A stretch of DNA of 63,714 nucleotides, taken from contig JBGTIC010000046.1 in NCBI GenBank assembly GCA_041745895.1, positions 1 through 63,714 on the forward strand, given 5' to 3'. The notes under the pieces were generated by a model. It worked only from the letters and a program-made list of their open reading frames with translations. It was not told the origin of the DNA and searched no databases. How positions within the stretch are numbered: position 1 is the first letter of the stretch; each line of letters starts with the position of its first letter. Origin of the DNA: Gammaproteobacteria bacterium (lineage in GTDB: Bacteria > Pseudomonadota > Gammaproteobacteria > Steroidobacterales > PWYM01). The translations under genes and the position numbers were made by a program. Below, piece by piece: positions 1 through 10,327 of this stretch.

Positions 1-446
1 GCCAGAGCCGCCGGCACCGCCAGCATGATCGCGGTGGAGGGCAGCGGTGCGCTACCGGCCGGGACGTACAGGCCCACCGCGTCCAATGGCCGGTTGACCC
101 GCTGGCAACGTACGCCCGGTGAGGTCTCCATGTCGATCTCCGCCGGGCGCTGTGCGGCATGGAAGCTGCGCACGTTGGAGATTGCCCGGTCGATGGCTGC
201 AAGCTGTGGCGTCGACAGCCGCGATTCGGCGCGATCAAGTTCTTCGGCCGTGACCGCAAGCGTTTCGAGCGTGACGCCATCGAAACGCGCGGTGTACTCC
301 AGCAGCGCGCGGTCGCCGTTGGCGCGTACCTGCGCGATGATCTCGCCGACCTGGCGACGCAGCTCCCCTCCGATACGATTCGCCGGACGTTCGAGCAGCT
401 CATCGCGCTGGGTTTTGTTCAGTACTTTCCAGTTGCAGATTCGCAT
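1..446 (-). CDS. hisD: histidinol dehydrogenase, N-terminal ~148 codons (gene continues beyond left edge)
   Basis: Not in the ORF track because there is no stop in the window. My translation of the minus strand from ATG at 446 gives MRICNWKVLNKTQRDELLERPANRIGGELRRQVGEIIAQVRANGDRALLEYTARFDGVTLE...GLYVPAGSAPLPSTAIMLAVPA, a typical HisD N-terminus. It starts 7 nt after the hisG stop. Confidence 0.85.
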   Translation of the reverse strand, partial: MRICNWKVLNKTQRDELLERPANRIGGELRRQVGEIIAQVRANGDRALLEYTARFDGVTLETLAVTAEELDRAESRLSTPQLAAIDRAISNVRSFHAAQRPAEIDMETSPGVRCQRVNRPLDAVGLYVPAGSAPLPSTAIMLAVPAAL

Positions 447-453
447 GAGATTC

Positions 454-1359
454 TCAATACAGCATCTTTTCGACAGGCAGCACCAGCATGGAGCTTGCAC
501 CGGCAAGTTTCAGCTCTTCGAGCGTTTCCCAGAAGACATTCTCGCGGCACACGGCATGGATGGCCACCTTGTCGTCGCGACCTTCAAGGGGCATCACCGT
601 GGGCGCCTCGGCGCCCGGGAGCAGGCGGGTGATCTCGGCCAGCGCGGAGCGGGGCGCGTGCAGCATGATGTATTTACTCTCGCTGACCTGAATGACGCCA
701 TCGATGCGCTTCTTGATGCGCTCCATCCACTCGGCTTTCTCAGCGGGTACGGCTTTGGGCGTCTGGATCAGCGATGAGACGCTCGAAAGAATCGTGCCAG
801 CCTCGCGCAGGTGATTGGCGCGCAGCGTATTGCCGCTGGACACCAGATCGCAGATGACATCGGCGCGGCCCAGTCGCGGCGCAATCTCCACCGCCCCGGA
901 GAACTCGACCACCGAGGCGGTCAGCCCCTGCTGGCGCAGGTAGTCACGCACGATATGCGGGTAGCTCGTGGCGATACGCAGGCCTTCCAGATCAGCGGCG
1001 CCGGCGAACTGCATGTCCTCGGGCACCGCGAAAGACAGCCGGCAGTGACCGAAGTCAAGTTCGCGCACCAGCACGAAGGGTGCCTCGTCGCCCTCGGAAA
1101 GAAACTGCAGTCGCCGTTCCTCCAGCACGTTCGCCCCGACGATTCCCAAGTCACAGACATCCTCGCGCACCAGCGCCGGAATATCGTCATCGCGCACCAG
1201 CAGCACGTCGATGGGCAGGTTCTCACCAAAGCAGATCAACTGGTCGCGGCCCTTGCTGTATTTCAGGCCGCAGCGCGAGAGCAGATCCAGCGAATGATCG
1301 GTGAGTCTGCCTGACTTCTGCACGGCAATCTTGATGCGGTTGGCGGGTTCTGGCGTCAT
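454..1359 (-). CDS. hisG: ATP phosphoribosyltransferase, long form
   Basis: 301-aa ORF with IKIAVQKSGRLTDHSLDLLSRCGL... and a length typical of long-form HisG. It is followed by hisD. Its start codon overlaps the stop of the upstream gene (ATGA). Confidence 0.93.
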   Translation of the reverse strand: MTPEPANRIKIAVQKSGRLTDHSLDLLSRCGLKYSKGRDQLICFGENLPIDVLLVRDDDIPALVREDVCDLGIVGANVLEERRLQFLSEGDEAPFVLVRELDFGHCRLSFAVPEDMQFAGAADLEGLRIATSYPHIVRDYLRQQGLTASVVEFSGAVEIAPRLGRADVICDLVSSGNTLRANHLREAGTILSSVSSLIQTPKAVPAEKAEWMERIKKRIDGVIQVSESKYIMLHAPRSALAEITRLLPGAEAPTVMPLEGRDDKVAIHAVCRENVFWETLEELKLAGASSMLVLPVEKMLY

Positions 1360-1685
1360 GTCGGTGTCCGTTGTGGTTTCGCATCGTGCGTGCGAGTAAG
1401 GGCAAGTTCGTAGCCGCCGTTACCCGACGACAGAAACCTGGCGATGCGTCCGACGGTGGTGACACTCACGCCGGTCAGCTCGTTGATACGCCGATAGGCC
1501 AGACCCTGATTCAGCAACGGCACCACCGACCAGCGATCGGCCATCGCCTGAAGTTCGGCCGGCGTGAGCAGGTCGCGGAAGAATCGTCGGCACTCGTCAG
1601 AGTCGCGCAGGCACAGCACCGCATGGTAGAGCGCCTGTTCTGCCAGCGCGTCGCGTTCCGGAGAGGGGCTGCGGCGGTCTTTCAT
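1356..1685 (-). CDS. YerC/YecD family TrpR-like DNA-binding protein
   Basis: 109-aa ORF. LLTPAELQAMADRWSVVPLLNQGLAYRRINELTGVSVTTVGRIARFL matches the Trp-repressor-like HTH of YerC/YecD proteins. It is translationally coupled to hisG. Confidence 0.8.
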   Translation of the reverse strand: MKDRRSPSPERDALAEQALYHAVLCLRDSDECRRFFRDLLTPAELQAMADRWSVVPLLNQGLAYRRINELTGVSVTTVGRIARFLSSGNGGYELALTRTHDAKPQRTPT

Positions 1686-1695
1686 GACATACCAA

Positions 1696-1723
1696 TGTAT
1701 TAACGTGTTAGCACATTAATACA
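1696..1723. promoter_or_regulatory. near-perfect inverted repeat TGTATTAACGTG-ttag-CACATTAATACA (11/12 arm matches), candidate operator
   Basis: Read directly from the sequence. It sits 11 nt upstream of the yerC-like start codon, in an unusually AT-rich patch of the divergent yerC-hisGD / metB region. Confidence 0.4.
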
Positions 1724-1778
1724 ATTTGCGGCATTGCACAAGGGCCTCTGCAAGGCGGCGCAGGCAGCGCAGACTCGC

Positions 1779-1806
1779 TTGACGCCTCGCAAGCCGCGGC
1801 CATAAA
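1779..1806 (+). promoter_or_regulatory. possible sigma70-type promoter of the metB-metX transcript
   Basis: TTGACG (1779-1784), a 16-nt spacer, then CATAAA (1801-1806). Transcription would start a few nt before riboswitch helix P1. Confidence 0.3.
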
Positions 1807-1814
1807 CTCGTCAA

Positions 1815-1940
1815 TGCTCATCGAGACCGGCTGAGGGACAGGCCCTTAGACGCCGGGGCAACCATCGGGCGCGCAAGTCCCCGACAAGGTGCCAACTCCT
1901 GCGCGGCCGCCTCTGGGCAGAGCCTGCGAGAGATGAGTCT
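1815..1940 (+). promoter_or_regulatory. SAM-I (S-box) riboswitch aptamer
   Basis: CTCATCGAGACCGGCTGAGGGACAGGCCC...GGGGCAACC...CAAGGTGCCAACTCC...GCGAGAGATGAG carries the conserved S-box elements: P1 CTCATC/GATGAG, GAGGGA, GGCCC, GCAACC, AAGGTGCCAA and AGAGATGAG. It lies directly upstream of methionine biosynthesis genes. Confidence 0.85.
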
Positions 1941-2079
1941 GTGCAGCGCCCGGCAGTGATGCCGTTGCCGCGGCAGACCCGCCCCTCGCGACGAACCCGC
2001 AGCGTGTTCTCGATGTGCTGTACCTGCCATGGCCCGTGATGTGGTCAGGCGAGAGAGTCATTGAGGAGCCAGCGTCATC

Positions 2080-3276
2080 ATGTCCAAGCCAGTCAATCCC
2101 CAGACGCGCGCCGTGCGTGCCGCGCTGGAGTCTGATCAGCAGCACGGGGCGGTGGTACCGCCACTGTTCCTGTCCAGCAACTACACCTTCGCCGGTTTTG
2201 CCGACAAGCGTCACTACGATTACACGCGCAGCGGCAATCCCACCCGCGATGCGCTCGCCGGTGCGTTGTGCGAACTCGAGCAGGGCCATGGGTGTGTGGT
2301 CACCAGTTCGGGGATGGCAGCAATTCACCTGGTATGTCTGCTGCTGAACGCCGATGACCTTCTGGTGGCACCGCATGATTGCTATGGCGGCTCCTACCGC
2401 TTGTTTGCGAACCTTGCTGCGCGCGGTGCCTTTCGCGTCCGATTCATCGACCAGACGGATCCGGCAGCCGTTACGGCGGCGTTGGCCGAGAAACCGCGGC
2501 TGGTCTGGGTCGAGACACCGAGCAATCCGTTGCTGCGCATCGTCGATCTTGCGGCCATGGCGGAGCAGGCCCACGCCATCGGCGCACTTGTCGCTGCGGA
2601 CAATACCTTTCTGTCACCCGCGTTGCAGCAGCCGCTGCGTCTGGGGGCCGATATCGTCGTGCACTCGACCACGAAGTATCTCAACGGCCACAGTGACGTG
2701 GTCGGCGGTGCCGTCATTTCGGCCGATGAGGCCGTGCATGCGCAGATTGCCGACTGGGCCAACATTATCGGGGTGACGGGTGCGCCGTTCGACAGCTACA
2801 TGACGCTGCGCGGCATCCGTACGCTGTTCCCGCGCATGCGCCAGCACCAGGAGAATGCCTCGCGCGTGGCAGACGCACTGGTGAAACATCCCGCCGTTAC
2901 CCGGGTGTATTTTCCGGGTCTGGCGGACCATCCGGGCCACGACATCGCCCGGCGGCAGCAGTCGGGCTTCGGTGGCATGGTCAGTTTCGAGATGGCCGGC
3001 GGCGAGGCGCAGCTGCGTTGCGTGCTCGAGGGCCTCCAGCATTTCTCCTTGGCCGAGTCGCTCGGCGGCGTGGAAAGTCTCGTGTGCCATCCGGCGACGA
3101 TGACCCATGCCCCGATGGAACCCGACGCGCGGCGTCGGGCGGGCATCTTCGATTCGCTGATTCGTCTGTCGCTGGGCGTCGAAGTTGCGGAGGATCTCGT
3201 GGCTGATCTATGCGCGGCGCTGGATCGTGCGTCTACCATGGATTCCGGCCGCGCATCGGCTGCCGCGGCCGGTTGA
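2080..3276 (+). CDS. metB: cystathionine gamma-synthase (O-acylhomoserine thiol-lyase), PLP-dependent
   Basis: 398-aa ORF collinear with E. coli MetB as I recall it. Shared blocks: VVPPLFLSSNY, LVAPHDCYGGSYRLF, NTFLSPALQQPL, HSTTKYLNGHSDVVGG (with the PLP lysine) and LAESLGGVESL. A GAGGAG SD lies 11 nt upstream. Confidence 0.9.
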   Translation: MSKPVNPQTRAVRAALESDQQHGAVVPPLFLSSNYTFAGFADKRHYDYTRSGNPTRDALAGALCELEQGHGCVVTSSGMAAIHLVCLLLNADDLLVAPHDCYGGSYRLFANLAARGAFRVRFIDQTDPAAVTAALAEKPRLVWVETPSNPLLRIVDLAAMAEQAHAIGALVAADNTFLSPALQQPLRLGADIVVHSTTKYLNGHSDVVGGAVISADEAVHAQIADWANIIGVTGAPFDSYMTLRGIRTLFPRMRQHQENASRVADALVKHPAVTRVYFPGLADHPGHDIARRQQSGFGGMVSFEMAGGEAQLRCVLEGLQHFSLAESLGGVESLVCHPATMTHAPMEPDARRRAGIFDSLIRLSLGVEVAEDLVADLCAALDRASTMDSGRASAAAAG

Positions 3277-3335
3277 TGAGTAGCCGCCGCGCCGGCCATC
3301 GTGCTGATACTGTTTCAGAAGGACGCTTTGACATC

Positions 3336-4499
3336 ATGAGCGAGCAGCCGAAACACCGCTTTGAGACCCTGCAGGTTCATGCCGGCCAGCAGCCTGCGCC
3401 GGATACTGCACTGATCACCGCGGGCGCCGTATCACCGCGCACCCGCGTGCTGCGGATGACTGAAGCCTTCATGCTGGAAAGCGGGGAGGGGCTGCCGGAG
3501 GTGCAGGTGGCCTATCGTACCTGGGGCAGGTTGGCAGCCGACGGCGCTAACGCCGTACTGATCTGCCATGCGCTGACCGGTTCGGCGGACGCCGATGAGT
3601 GGTGGCCGGGGCTCATTGGTGAGGGCAGGGCGCTGGATCCGGCGAGGCATTTCATCATCTGCAGCAACGTGCTGGCCGGGTGCTACGGCAGCAGCGGACC
3701 CATCCAGCCCCATCCCGAGGATGGCGAACCCTGGGGCAGCCGGTTCCCGCGCGTCACGGTGCGCGACATGGTGCAGCTCCAGGCGCGACTGCTCGATCAT
3801 CTCGGTGTGGGGGAGCTTTCGCTGGTGCTGGGTCCGTCACTGGGAGGCATGCAGGTGCTCGAATGGGCTGCGAGTTTTCCGCAGCGCGTGCGCGCAATCG
3901 CGCCGATCGGTGTATCAGGACGCCATTCGGCCTGGTGCATCGGCATCAGCGAGGCGCAACGCCAGGCGATCTATGCCGATCCCCACTGGCAGCAGGGGCG
4001 CTATGCGCTGGCACAGCCGCCGGCGACGGGACTCGCCGTGGCGCGGATGTTTGCAATGTGCAGCTATCGCAGCCGCGATAATTTTCAGCAGCGATTCGCG
4101 CGCAAGCTGCAACCCGGCGATTCGCGCTTCAGTGTCGAATCGTATCTCGACTACCAGGGCACCAAACTGGTACGGCGGTTCGATGCCAATACCTACGTTC
4201 GTCTGACCCAGGCCATGGACAGCCATGACCTCGCGCGTGATCGAGGCGAGTATTCTGCAGTGCTGGCTGGAATGGATCTTCCGGCGCTGATCGTGTCCGT
4301 GGATTCCGATGTGCTCTATCCCCCTTGCGAGCAGCAAGAGCTGGCCGAGCACCTGCCCCATGCACGCTATGAAGTGCTGCATACGCCGGCCGGGCACGAT
4401 GGCTTCCTGATCGAGACCGAGTCACTTAACGCGATGCTGGTATCGTTCATGCAGGCGCAACTTCCACATCGGCAGGCTGCCGGGGCGCAGGCAGGTTAA
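3336..4499 (+). CDS. metX: homoserine O-acyltransferase (MetX family alpha/beta hydrolase)
   Basis: From ORF 3210..4499. Motifs: LESGEGLPEVQVAYRTWGRL...NAVLICHALTGSADADEWWPGLIG, nucleophile elbow GPSLGGMQVLEW, GHDGFLIE. Start set at ATG 3336 (AGAAGGA 13 nt upstream). ATG 3456 (MTEAFMLESG) is an alternative start. Confidence 0.88.
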   Translation: MSEQPKHRFETLQVHAGQQPAPDTALITAGAVSPRTRVLRMTEAFMLESGEGLPEVQVAYRTWGRLAADGANAVLICHALTGSADADEWWPGLIGEGRALDPARHFIICSNVLAGCYGSSGPIQPHPEDGEPWGSRFPRVTVRDMVQLQARLLDHLGVGELSLVLGPSLGGMQVLEWAASFPQRVRAIAPIGVSGRHSAWCIGISEAQRQAIYADPHWQQGRYALAQPPATGLAVARMFAMCSYRSRDNFQQRFARKLQPGDSRFSVESYLDYQGTKLVRRFDANTYVRLTQAMDSHDLARDRGEYSAVLAGMDLPALIVSVDSDVLYPPCEQQELAEHLPHARYEVLHTPAGHDGFLIETESLNAMLVSFMQAQLPHRQAAGAQAG

Positions 4500-4607
4500 G
4501 CCTCGTAGAACGCCGACAAGCGGGGCCGAGCGTCGGACCCTCGAGGCCGCTCTTGCGGCCTGAAGTTGCAGCAGCAGTCGCCGGGCCCCGTCGCAGGCTG
4601 GCCGTAA

Positions 4608-5663
4608 CTAGAGGCGTGCCAGGACCGCATCGCCGAATTCGCGTGTGCTTGCAGACGGCCCTCCGCGGGCAATGTCGGCTGTGCGCAGGCCTTCCTCGAG
4701 CGTGCGATACACGGCCTGCTCGATCTGCACTGCGGCTGCCTCACAATCCAGCGAATGGCGCAGCAGAAGTGCGGCACTCAAGATCGTCGCGCACGGATTG
4801 GCGATGCCCCGGCCGGCTATGTCCGGCGCGGAGCCGTGAATGGGCTCATAGAGCCCACGACCGGCAATGCCAAGCGAGGCTGAGGGCAACAGGCCAAGCG
4901 AGCCTGCGAGCATCGAGGCCTCATCGGTGAGAATGTCGCCGAACATGTTTTCGGTCAGCAGCACGTCGAACGAGGCTGGTCGACTCAGCAGATGCATCGC
5001 GGCTGCATCCACGAGCATGTGTTCGAGCGCGATCTCCGGATAGTCCCGGGCAATGAGTCGCGTCGTCACCTGCCGCCACAGCCGCGAGGTTTCGAGCACG
5101 TTGGCTTTGTCCACCGAGACGATGCGCCTGCTGCGCCCGCGGGCGAGGTTGGCTGCGACATGTACGATCCGCTCTATCTCCGTGACCGTATAGCGACACT
5201 CGTCCGTGGCCTCTGTCTCGCTGCGGGTCTTCCTGCCGAAATAGATGCCACCAGTGAGTTCACGCACGACCATGATGTCGACGTCGGCGAGCAGGTCAGC
5301 CCGGATCGGTGAGGCGGACAGCAGGGCCGGGTGCGGCTTGACCGGCCGCAGGTTCGCGAACACGCCCAGCGTGGCGCGAAGGTCCAGCAGCCCCTGTTCG
5401 GGGCGAAGCACAGCTTCGGGATCCGACCATTTGGGCCCACCGACAGCGCCGAGCAGGACTGCGGCTGCGTCGGCGCACGCCGCAGCCGTAGCCGGCGGCA
5501 GGGGAGGCTCACCGGCGTCGAGTGCAGCACCGCCAATGAGGCCTTCCGTAAACTCCAGCGCCAGGTCGTGGTGAGGCGCCACGGCCTGCAGCACCCGCAC
5601 AGCCTCGGCTGTGACCTCCGGGCCGATCCCGTCGCCCGGAAGGACCGCGATCAGGGCTGCCAT
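4608..5663 (-). CDS. leuB: 3-isopropylmalate dehydrogenase
   Basis: ORF 4608..5975 trimmed to [17 protein letters not shown].... It has the [20 protein letters not shown] motif. The start overlaps the leuD stop by 13 nt. Confidence 0.93.
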   Translation of the reverse strand: MAALIAVLPGDGIGPEVTAEAVRVLQAVAPHHDLALEFTEGLIGGAALDAGEPPLPPATAAACADAAAVLLGAVGGPKWSDPEAVLRPEQGLLDLRATLGVFANLRPVKPHPALLSASPIRADLLADVDIMVVRELTGGIYFGRKTRSETEATDECRYTVTEIERIVHVAANLARGRSRRIVSVDKANVLETSRLWRQVTTRLIARDYPEIALEHMLVDAAAMHLLSRPASFDVLLTENMFGDILTDEASMLAGSLGLLPSASLGIAGRGLYEPIHGSAPDIAGRGIANPCATILSAALLLRHSLDCEAAAVQIEQAVYRTLEEGLRTADIARGGPSASTREFGDAVLARL

Positions 5664-6235
5664 GGGCGGGTCTTCTCGAAGGTGCTGATCTGTTCGTCCT
5701 GCTTCAGCAGAAAACCCAGCTGATCGATGCCGTTCATGAGGCAGTAGCGCGAGAATCGATCGATGACGAAGGCAATGGCGCGCCCGTCGTCCAGACGCAC
5801 CTCGAGTTTGTCGAGATCCACCTCCACCTGGGCACCGGGGTTGTCCACAAGCCAGCGATGCGTGTCGGCGTCCACGACCACGGGCAGCAGGCCGTTTTTC
5901 AACGAATTGCTGCGGAAGATATCCGCAATCTCGGTACTGATCACCGCGCGGAAGCCGTAGTCGAGCAGCGCCCAAGGCGCATGTTCACGCGAGGAGCCGC
6001 AGCCGAAATTCTTGCCGGCGACCAGCACCTGACAGCCGCGGGCGGACTGGTCATTGAGCACGAAATCTGCCTTCGGTGCGCCTTGCGCGTCGTAGCGCCA
6101 GTCAGCGAAGGCCGCCTCGCCCAGGCCATCGCGGGTCGTCGTGGTCAGAAAGCGCGCCGGCACGATCTGGTCGGTGTCGATGTCGTCGAAAGGCATGACG
6201 ACGGTGCGTGAACGGATCACGGCAATGGGTTCCAT
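5651..6235 (-). CDS. leuD: 3-isopropylmalate dehydratase small subunit
   Basis: 194-aa ORF with [13 protein letters not shown] and [17 protein letters not shown] motifs, located between leuC and leuB. Confidence 0.93.
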   Translation of the reverse strand: MEPIAVIRSRTVVMPFDDIDTDQIVPARFLTTTTRDGLGEAAFADWRYDAQGAPKADFVLNDQSARGCQVLVAGKNFGCGSSREHAPWALLDYGFRAVISTEIADIFRSNSLKNGLLPVVVDADTHRWLVDNPGAQVEVDLDKLEVRLDDGRAIAFVIDRFSRYCLMNGIDQLGFLLKQDEQISTFEKTRPWQP

Positions 6236-6258
6236 GGACTACAGCTCCGTTGTTTTTT

Positions 6259-7665
6259 CTAATTCGCGAGGTAGGGGCGAGGGTCTGCCACCGCACCGGC
6301 CAGCGCGCTGGCGGCCGCCGTTGCCGGGCTGGCCAGCACGGTGCGTGCCCCCTTGCCCTGACGGCCCTCGAAGTTGCGATTGCTGGTGCTCACGGACAAC
6401 TGTCCGGAGGGGACCGTATCACCGTTCATGCCCAGGCACATCGAGCAACCCGATTCGCGCCATTCGGCGCCTGCCTCGACAAATATGCGATCAAGGCCCA
6501 GGCGCTCTGCCTCGAGCTTGATCTTCTGCGAGCCGGGCACCACGAGCATGCGCACATTGCCGGCAATGTGCTTGCCCCGCAGTACATCAGCGGCCTGTTG
6601 CAGGTCCGAGATGCGCGAATTCGTACAGCTGCCCAGGAACACGATGTCTACCGGGTGCCCGGCAAGTGGCTTTCCAGCGGTCACGCCCATGTAGTCCAGC
6701 GCCTTGCGGAAGTTGCTGTCGTTGCGATCAGGCACGGGCTCATCAATCGCCACGACCATGCCCGGATTGGTGCCGAAGGTCACCATTGGCTTGAGCGTCG
6801 ATACACCGAGCGTGACTTCCCGGTCGAAGCGCGCACCCGGGTCGGAGGGCAGGGTACGCCACCTCGCCACGGCCTGTTCCCACGCTGCACCCTGTGGCGC
6901 CATCAAGCGACCGTTGAGGTACTCGAACGTGGTGTCATCGGGAGCGATCATGCCCGCGCGCGCGCCGGCTTCGATGGACATGTTGCAGATGGTCATGCGC
7001 TGCTCCATGTCCAGGCCGTGGATGGCACTGCCACGGTACTCCAGTACATGACCCACGCCGCCATCGACACCGATATGCCCGATCAATGCCAGGATCATGT
7101 CCTTGGCCGTGACGCCGCGCGGCAGCGTGCCCTCGAAGTTCACGGCAAAGGTTTTGGGCTTGCGCTGCAGCAGGCACTGGGTGGCCATCACGTGCCCGAC
7201 CTCGGTTGAACCGATGCCGAAGGCCAGGGCGCCGAACGCACCGTGCGTAGACGTGTGGCTGTCACCGCAGACAATGGTCTTGCCCGGCTGGGTGATGCCC
7301 AGCTCGGGGCCGATGATGTGCACGATGCCGCGGTGCTCGCTGTCAAACCCATGCAGCGTGACGCCGAATTCGCGGCAGTTGTCTTCGAGTGCGACGATCT
7401 GTCTGGCCGCCTGCGGCTCGGCAACGATCTGCAGGTCGCGGAAGCTGCGTACGGGCACGGTCGGCGTCGAGTGATCCATGGTCGCGAGAGTAAGGTCGGT
7501 GCGGCGCAGCTTGAGGCCGCGTTCACGCAGCAACGAGAAGGACTGCGGACTTGTTACTTCGTGGGTCAGGTGCAGATCGATATACAGCACCGCCGGGTGG
7601 TCGTCGGTCTCGGGCACGACGATGTGATCGTGCCAGACTTTTTCGAAAAGCGATTTAGCGCTCAT
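6259..7665 (-). CDS. leuC: 3-isopropylmalate dehydratase large subunit
   Basis: ORF 6259..7722 trimmed to [16 protein letters not shown].... Motifs: [51 protein letters not shown] (Fe-S cysteines). Confidence 0.93.
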   Translation of the reverse strand: MSAKSLFEKVWHDHIVVPETDDHPAVLYIDLHLTHEVTSPQSFSLLRERGLKLRRTDLTLATMDHSTPTVPVRSFRDLQIVAEPQAARQIVALEDNCREFGVTLHGFDSEHRGIVHIIGPELGITQPGKTIVCGDSHTSTHGAFGALAFGIGSTEVGHVMATQCLLQRKPKTFAVNFEGTLPRGVTAKDMILALIGHIGVDGGVGHVLEYRGSAIHGLDMEQRMTICNMSIEAGARAGMIAPDDTTFEYLNGRLMAPQGAAWEQAVARWRTLPSDPGARFDREVTLGVSTLKPMVTFGTNPGMVVAIDEPVPDRNDSNFRKALDYMGVTAGKPLAGHPVDIVFLGSCTNSRISDLQQAADVLRGKHIAGNVRMLVVPGSQKIKLEAERLGLDRIFVEAGAEWRESGCSMCLGMNGDTVPSGQLSVSTSNRNFEGRQGKGARTVLASPATAAASALAGAVADPRPYLAN

Positions 7666-7722
7666 GTCATTCCCAGCTGTTGTGTCGTGAGTACGTCGGG
7701 CGAGAGGTTCGGCGTGTCGCAA

Positions 7723-8655
7723 CTAGGCGCCCACCGGTTCCAGCCACTGCCAGCGATCGCTGGTCGAGCCGTCGAACAGGCCGAAGAACCGCGACTGCAG
7801 CATTTCGGTGACCGGTCCGCGGCGCCCATTGCCAACCTCGATGCGATCGACCGAACGCACCGGTGTGATCTCCGCAGCAGTGCCGGTCAGGAACATCTCA
7901 TCGACCAGATAGAGCATCTCGCGCGGTATTTCCTTTTCGACGACCTCGAGGCCTGCTTCACGAGCCAGAGTGATCACCGAATCGCGCGTGATTCCGGTGA
8001 GGATGGAGTCGGTCGCCGTGGGGGTGTAGAGCCGCCCGTTCTTGACGAGGAAAACGTTCTCGCCGGCGCCTTCACTGACGGTGCCCCGCGTTGTCAGGGC
8101 GATGCCCTCGGCAAATCCCAGACGCCTGGCTTCCATGCTGATGAGCTGGCTGGAAAGGTAGTTGCCGCCAGCCTTCGCCAGCGCCGGCACCGTGTTGGGT
8201 GCAACACGCTGCCATGACGACACGCATACGTCGACGCCCTTCTCCATGCCGTCGGCACCCAGATAGGCACCCCATTCCCAGGCGGCCACCGCCGTATCGA
8301 CCCGGTGATCCGGCTTTGCCGCCAGGCCAATTTCCCCGTAGCCGCGGAACGACACCGGGCGGATATACGCACCATTCTCCAGAGCGTTTTCAACCACCAC
8401 CTGCTTGCAGGCACTCACGATGTCCTCCACGGTGTGGGGAATCACGATGCGATAGATTTTTGCCGACTCGAACAGTCGCCGGATATGGTCGGCCAGCCGG
8501 AAAACCTGGCTGCCGGTGGGCGTGCGATAGACGCGGATGCCCTCGAACACCGACGAGCCGTAGTGCAGGGCGTGCGAGAGCACGTGGACCTGGGCATCCT
8601 CCCAGGGCACAAGCTTGCCGTTGAACCAGATGTAGCGACTCGATTGGATGGGCAT
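7723..8655 (-). CDS. ilvE: branched-chain amino acid aminotransferase (class IV)
   Basis: 310-aa ORF with [38 protein letters not shown] and [23 protein letters not shown], typical of IlvE. Confidence 0.9.
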   Translation of the reverse strand: MPIQSSRYIWFNGKLVPWEDAQVHVLSHALHYGSSVFEGIRVYRTPTGSQVFRLADHIRRLFESAKIYRIVIPHTVEDIVSACKQVVVENALENGAYIRPVSFRGYGEIGLAAKPDHRVDTAVAAWEWGAYLGADGMEKGVDVCVSSWQRVAPNTVPALAKAGGNYLSSQLISMEARRLGFAEGIALTTRGTVSEGAGENVFLVKNGRLYTPTATDSILTGITRDSVITLAREAGLEVVEKEIPREMLYLVDEMFLTGTAAEITPVRSVDRIEVGNGRRGPVTEMLQSRFFGLFDGSTSDRWQWLEPVGA

Positions 8656-8682
8656 CAGGAATTTCCCTTGAGTTCTTTACAG

Positions 8683-10251
8683 TCAGCCATGCGCCGCCTC
8701 GGCGGGTGCCGGGGCGGCGGTGTTGTGTGCTCGGCGATGCACCCGGTTGATGACTTCCAGGTAGGCCCGCGCCCCGGCTTCCACGATGTCGGTAGACAGG
8801 CCCTGACCGCGGAACGGCTGTCCATTATATTCGACCGTCACGGTGACCTCACCCTGCGCGTCGTCGCCGACGCTGACGCTGCGCAGATCAAAGTTCTTGA
8901 GCACCAGTTCTATGCCCGTGGCGCGTTCGAGTGCGCGGAAAGCGGCTGCGACCGGCCCGTCTCCTACGGCCGCCTCCTGGACCTGTGTGCCATCCTCCGA
9001 GCGCATCTTCACGGCGGCCGCCGCGATCGTGCCCGTACCGGCCGTGATATGCAGCTCCTGAAGCTCCCAGTATCCGGCCTGGCCGACCTCGGCATTCATC
9101 AGGATCGCCTCGATATCGGCGTCGAACATTTCCTTCTTGCGGTCGGCGAGCTTCTTGAACTCAGCAAAGCACCGATTCAGCTCACCGGCTTCCAGTTTGA
9201 AACCCAGCTGCTCGACGCGCTCGCGGAACGCATGACGGCCGCTGTGTTTCCCCAGTACCAGGTTCGATCGGCTGATGCCGACATCCTCCGGACGCATGAT
9301 CTCGTAGGTCGCATGGTGGCGCAGCATGCCATGCTGGTGAATGCCCGCCTCGTGGGCGAAAGCGTTTTCACCTACGACAGCCTTGTTGCGCGGCACGTGC
9401 ATGCCGGTGATCGATGCGACCAGTCGACTGGTCGGGTACAGGCGCCGTGAATCAACCCCGGTGTGCAACCCGAAATAGGCTTCCCGGGTTTTCAGGGCCA
9501 TGACGATCTCTTCGAGCGAGCAGTTGCCGGCCCGCTCGCCGATCCCGTTGATCGTGCATTCTATCTGGCGGGCACCGGCCTGGACCGCAGCAAGGCTGTT
9601 GGCGACCGCCATCCCCAGATCATCGTGGCAGTGAACGGATAACACGACATCGTCGATGCCGGGTACATTCGCCTTGAGATAGCGGAACAGCTCGTGAAAC
9701 TCGCCGGGGACCGTGTAGCCGACGGTATCGGGAATATTGATGGTCCGTGCACCGGCCTCGATGACGGCAGCGACCACTTCGGCGAGATATTCGAGCTCGG
9801 TCCGCGAGGCGTCTTCCGGGGAGAACTCCACATCAGCGCACAGGCTGCGCGCGAGCTTCACGCCTTCGACAGCGCTTTTCAGAATCTCGTCCTTGGCCAT
9901 CTGCAGCTTGTGTTCGCGGTGAATGGCACTGGTGGCGACGAACACGTGGATGCGGCTGTGCTGAGCAGGCCTGACCGCCTGCCAGGCGCGCTCGATGTCT
10001 GCCGGATTGCAGCGCGCCAGTCCGCAGATGACCGGACCCTTGATGGATTGTGCGATTGCCTGCACGGCATCGAAATCCCCCGGCGAGGCTGCCGGGAAGC
10101 CGGCCTCGATGACATCGACACCGAGTTTTGCCAGCGCTTGGGCGACGCGGAGCTTCTCGCGCAGGGTCATGCTGCAGCCCGGTGCCTGCTCACCGTCTCG
10201 CAGTGTGGTATCGAAGATCCGTACCCTGTTCGCGTCTGTCTGCTGGTTCAT
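8683..10251 (-). CDS. leuA: 2-isopropylmalate synthase
   Basis: ORF 8683..10524 trimmed to [28 protein letters not shown].... It has [37 protein letters not shown] and a C-terminal LeuA dimerisation/regulatory domain. An AGGAGG SD precedes ATG 10251. Confidence 0.93.
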   Translation of the reverse strand: MNQQTDANRVRIFDTTLRDGEQAPGCSMTLREKLRVAQALAKLGVDVIEAGFPAASPGDFDAVQAIAQSIKGPVICGLARCNPADIERAWQAVRPAQHSRIHVFVATSAIHREHKLQMAKDEILKSAVEGVKLARSLCADVEFSPEDASRTELEYLAEVVAAVIEAGARTINIPDTVGYTVPGEFHELFRYLKANVPGIDDVVLSVHCHDDLGMAVANSLAAVQAGARQIECTINGIGERAGNCSLEEIVMALKTREAYFGLHTGVDSRRLYPTSRLVASITGMHVPRNKAVVGENAFAHEAGIHQHGMLRHHATYEIMRPEDVGISRSNLVLGKHSGRHAFRERVEQLGFKLEAGELNRCFAEFKKLADRKKEMFDADIEAILMNAEVGQAGYWELQELHITAGTGTIAAAAVKMRSEDGTQVQEAAVGDGPVAAAFRALERATGIELVLKNFDLRSVSVGDDAQGEVTVTVEYNGQPFRGQGLSTDIVEAGARAYLEVINRVHRRAHNTAAPAPAEAAHG

Positions 10252-10327
10252 CGTCGTGCCTCCTGCTGGGCATGCGCTGTTCATCTGTGTGTGTCGCCCG
10301 GATATAGAAACCTGGTGATCGGTTCGC

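Noticed and set aside
3210-3335. Upstream extension of the metX ORF overlapping the end of metB
   Set aside because: It overlaps metB by 67 nt and its sequence is Arg/Gly-rich with no homology pattern. ATG 3336 has a good SD.
4545-4560. GGCCGC-tctt-GCGGCC hairpin between convergent metX and leuB
   Set aside because: The stem is short with no U-tract on either strand. It may help termination but cannot be supported as a terminator.
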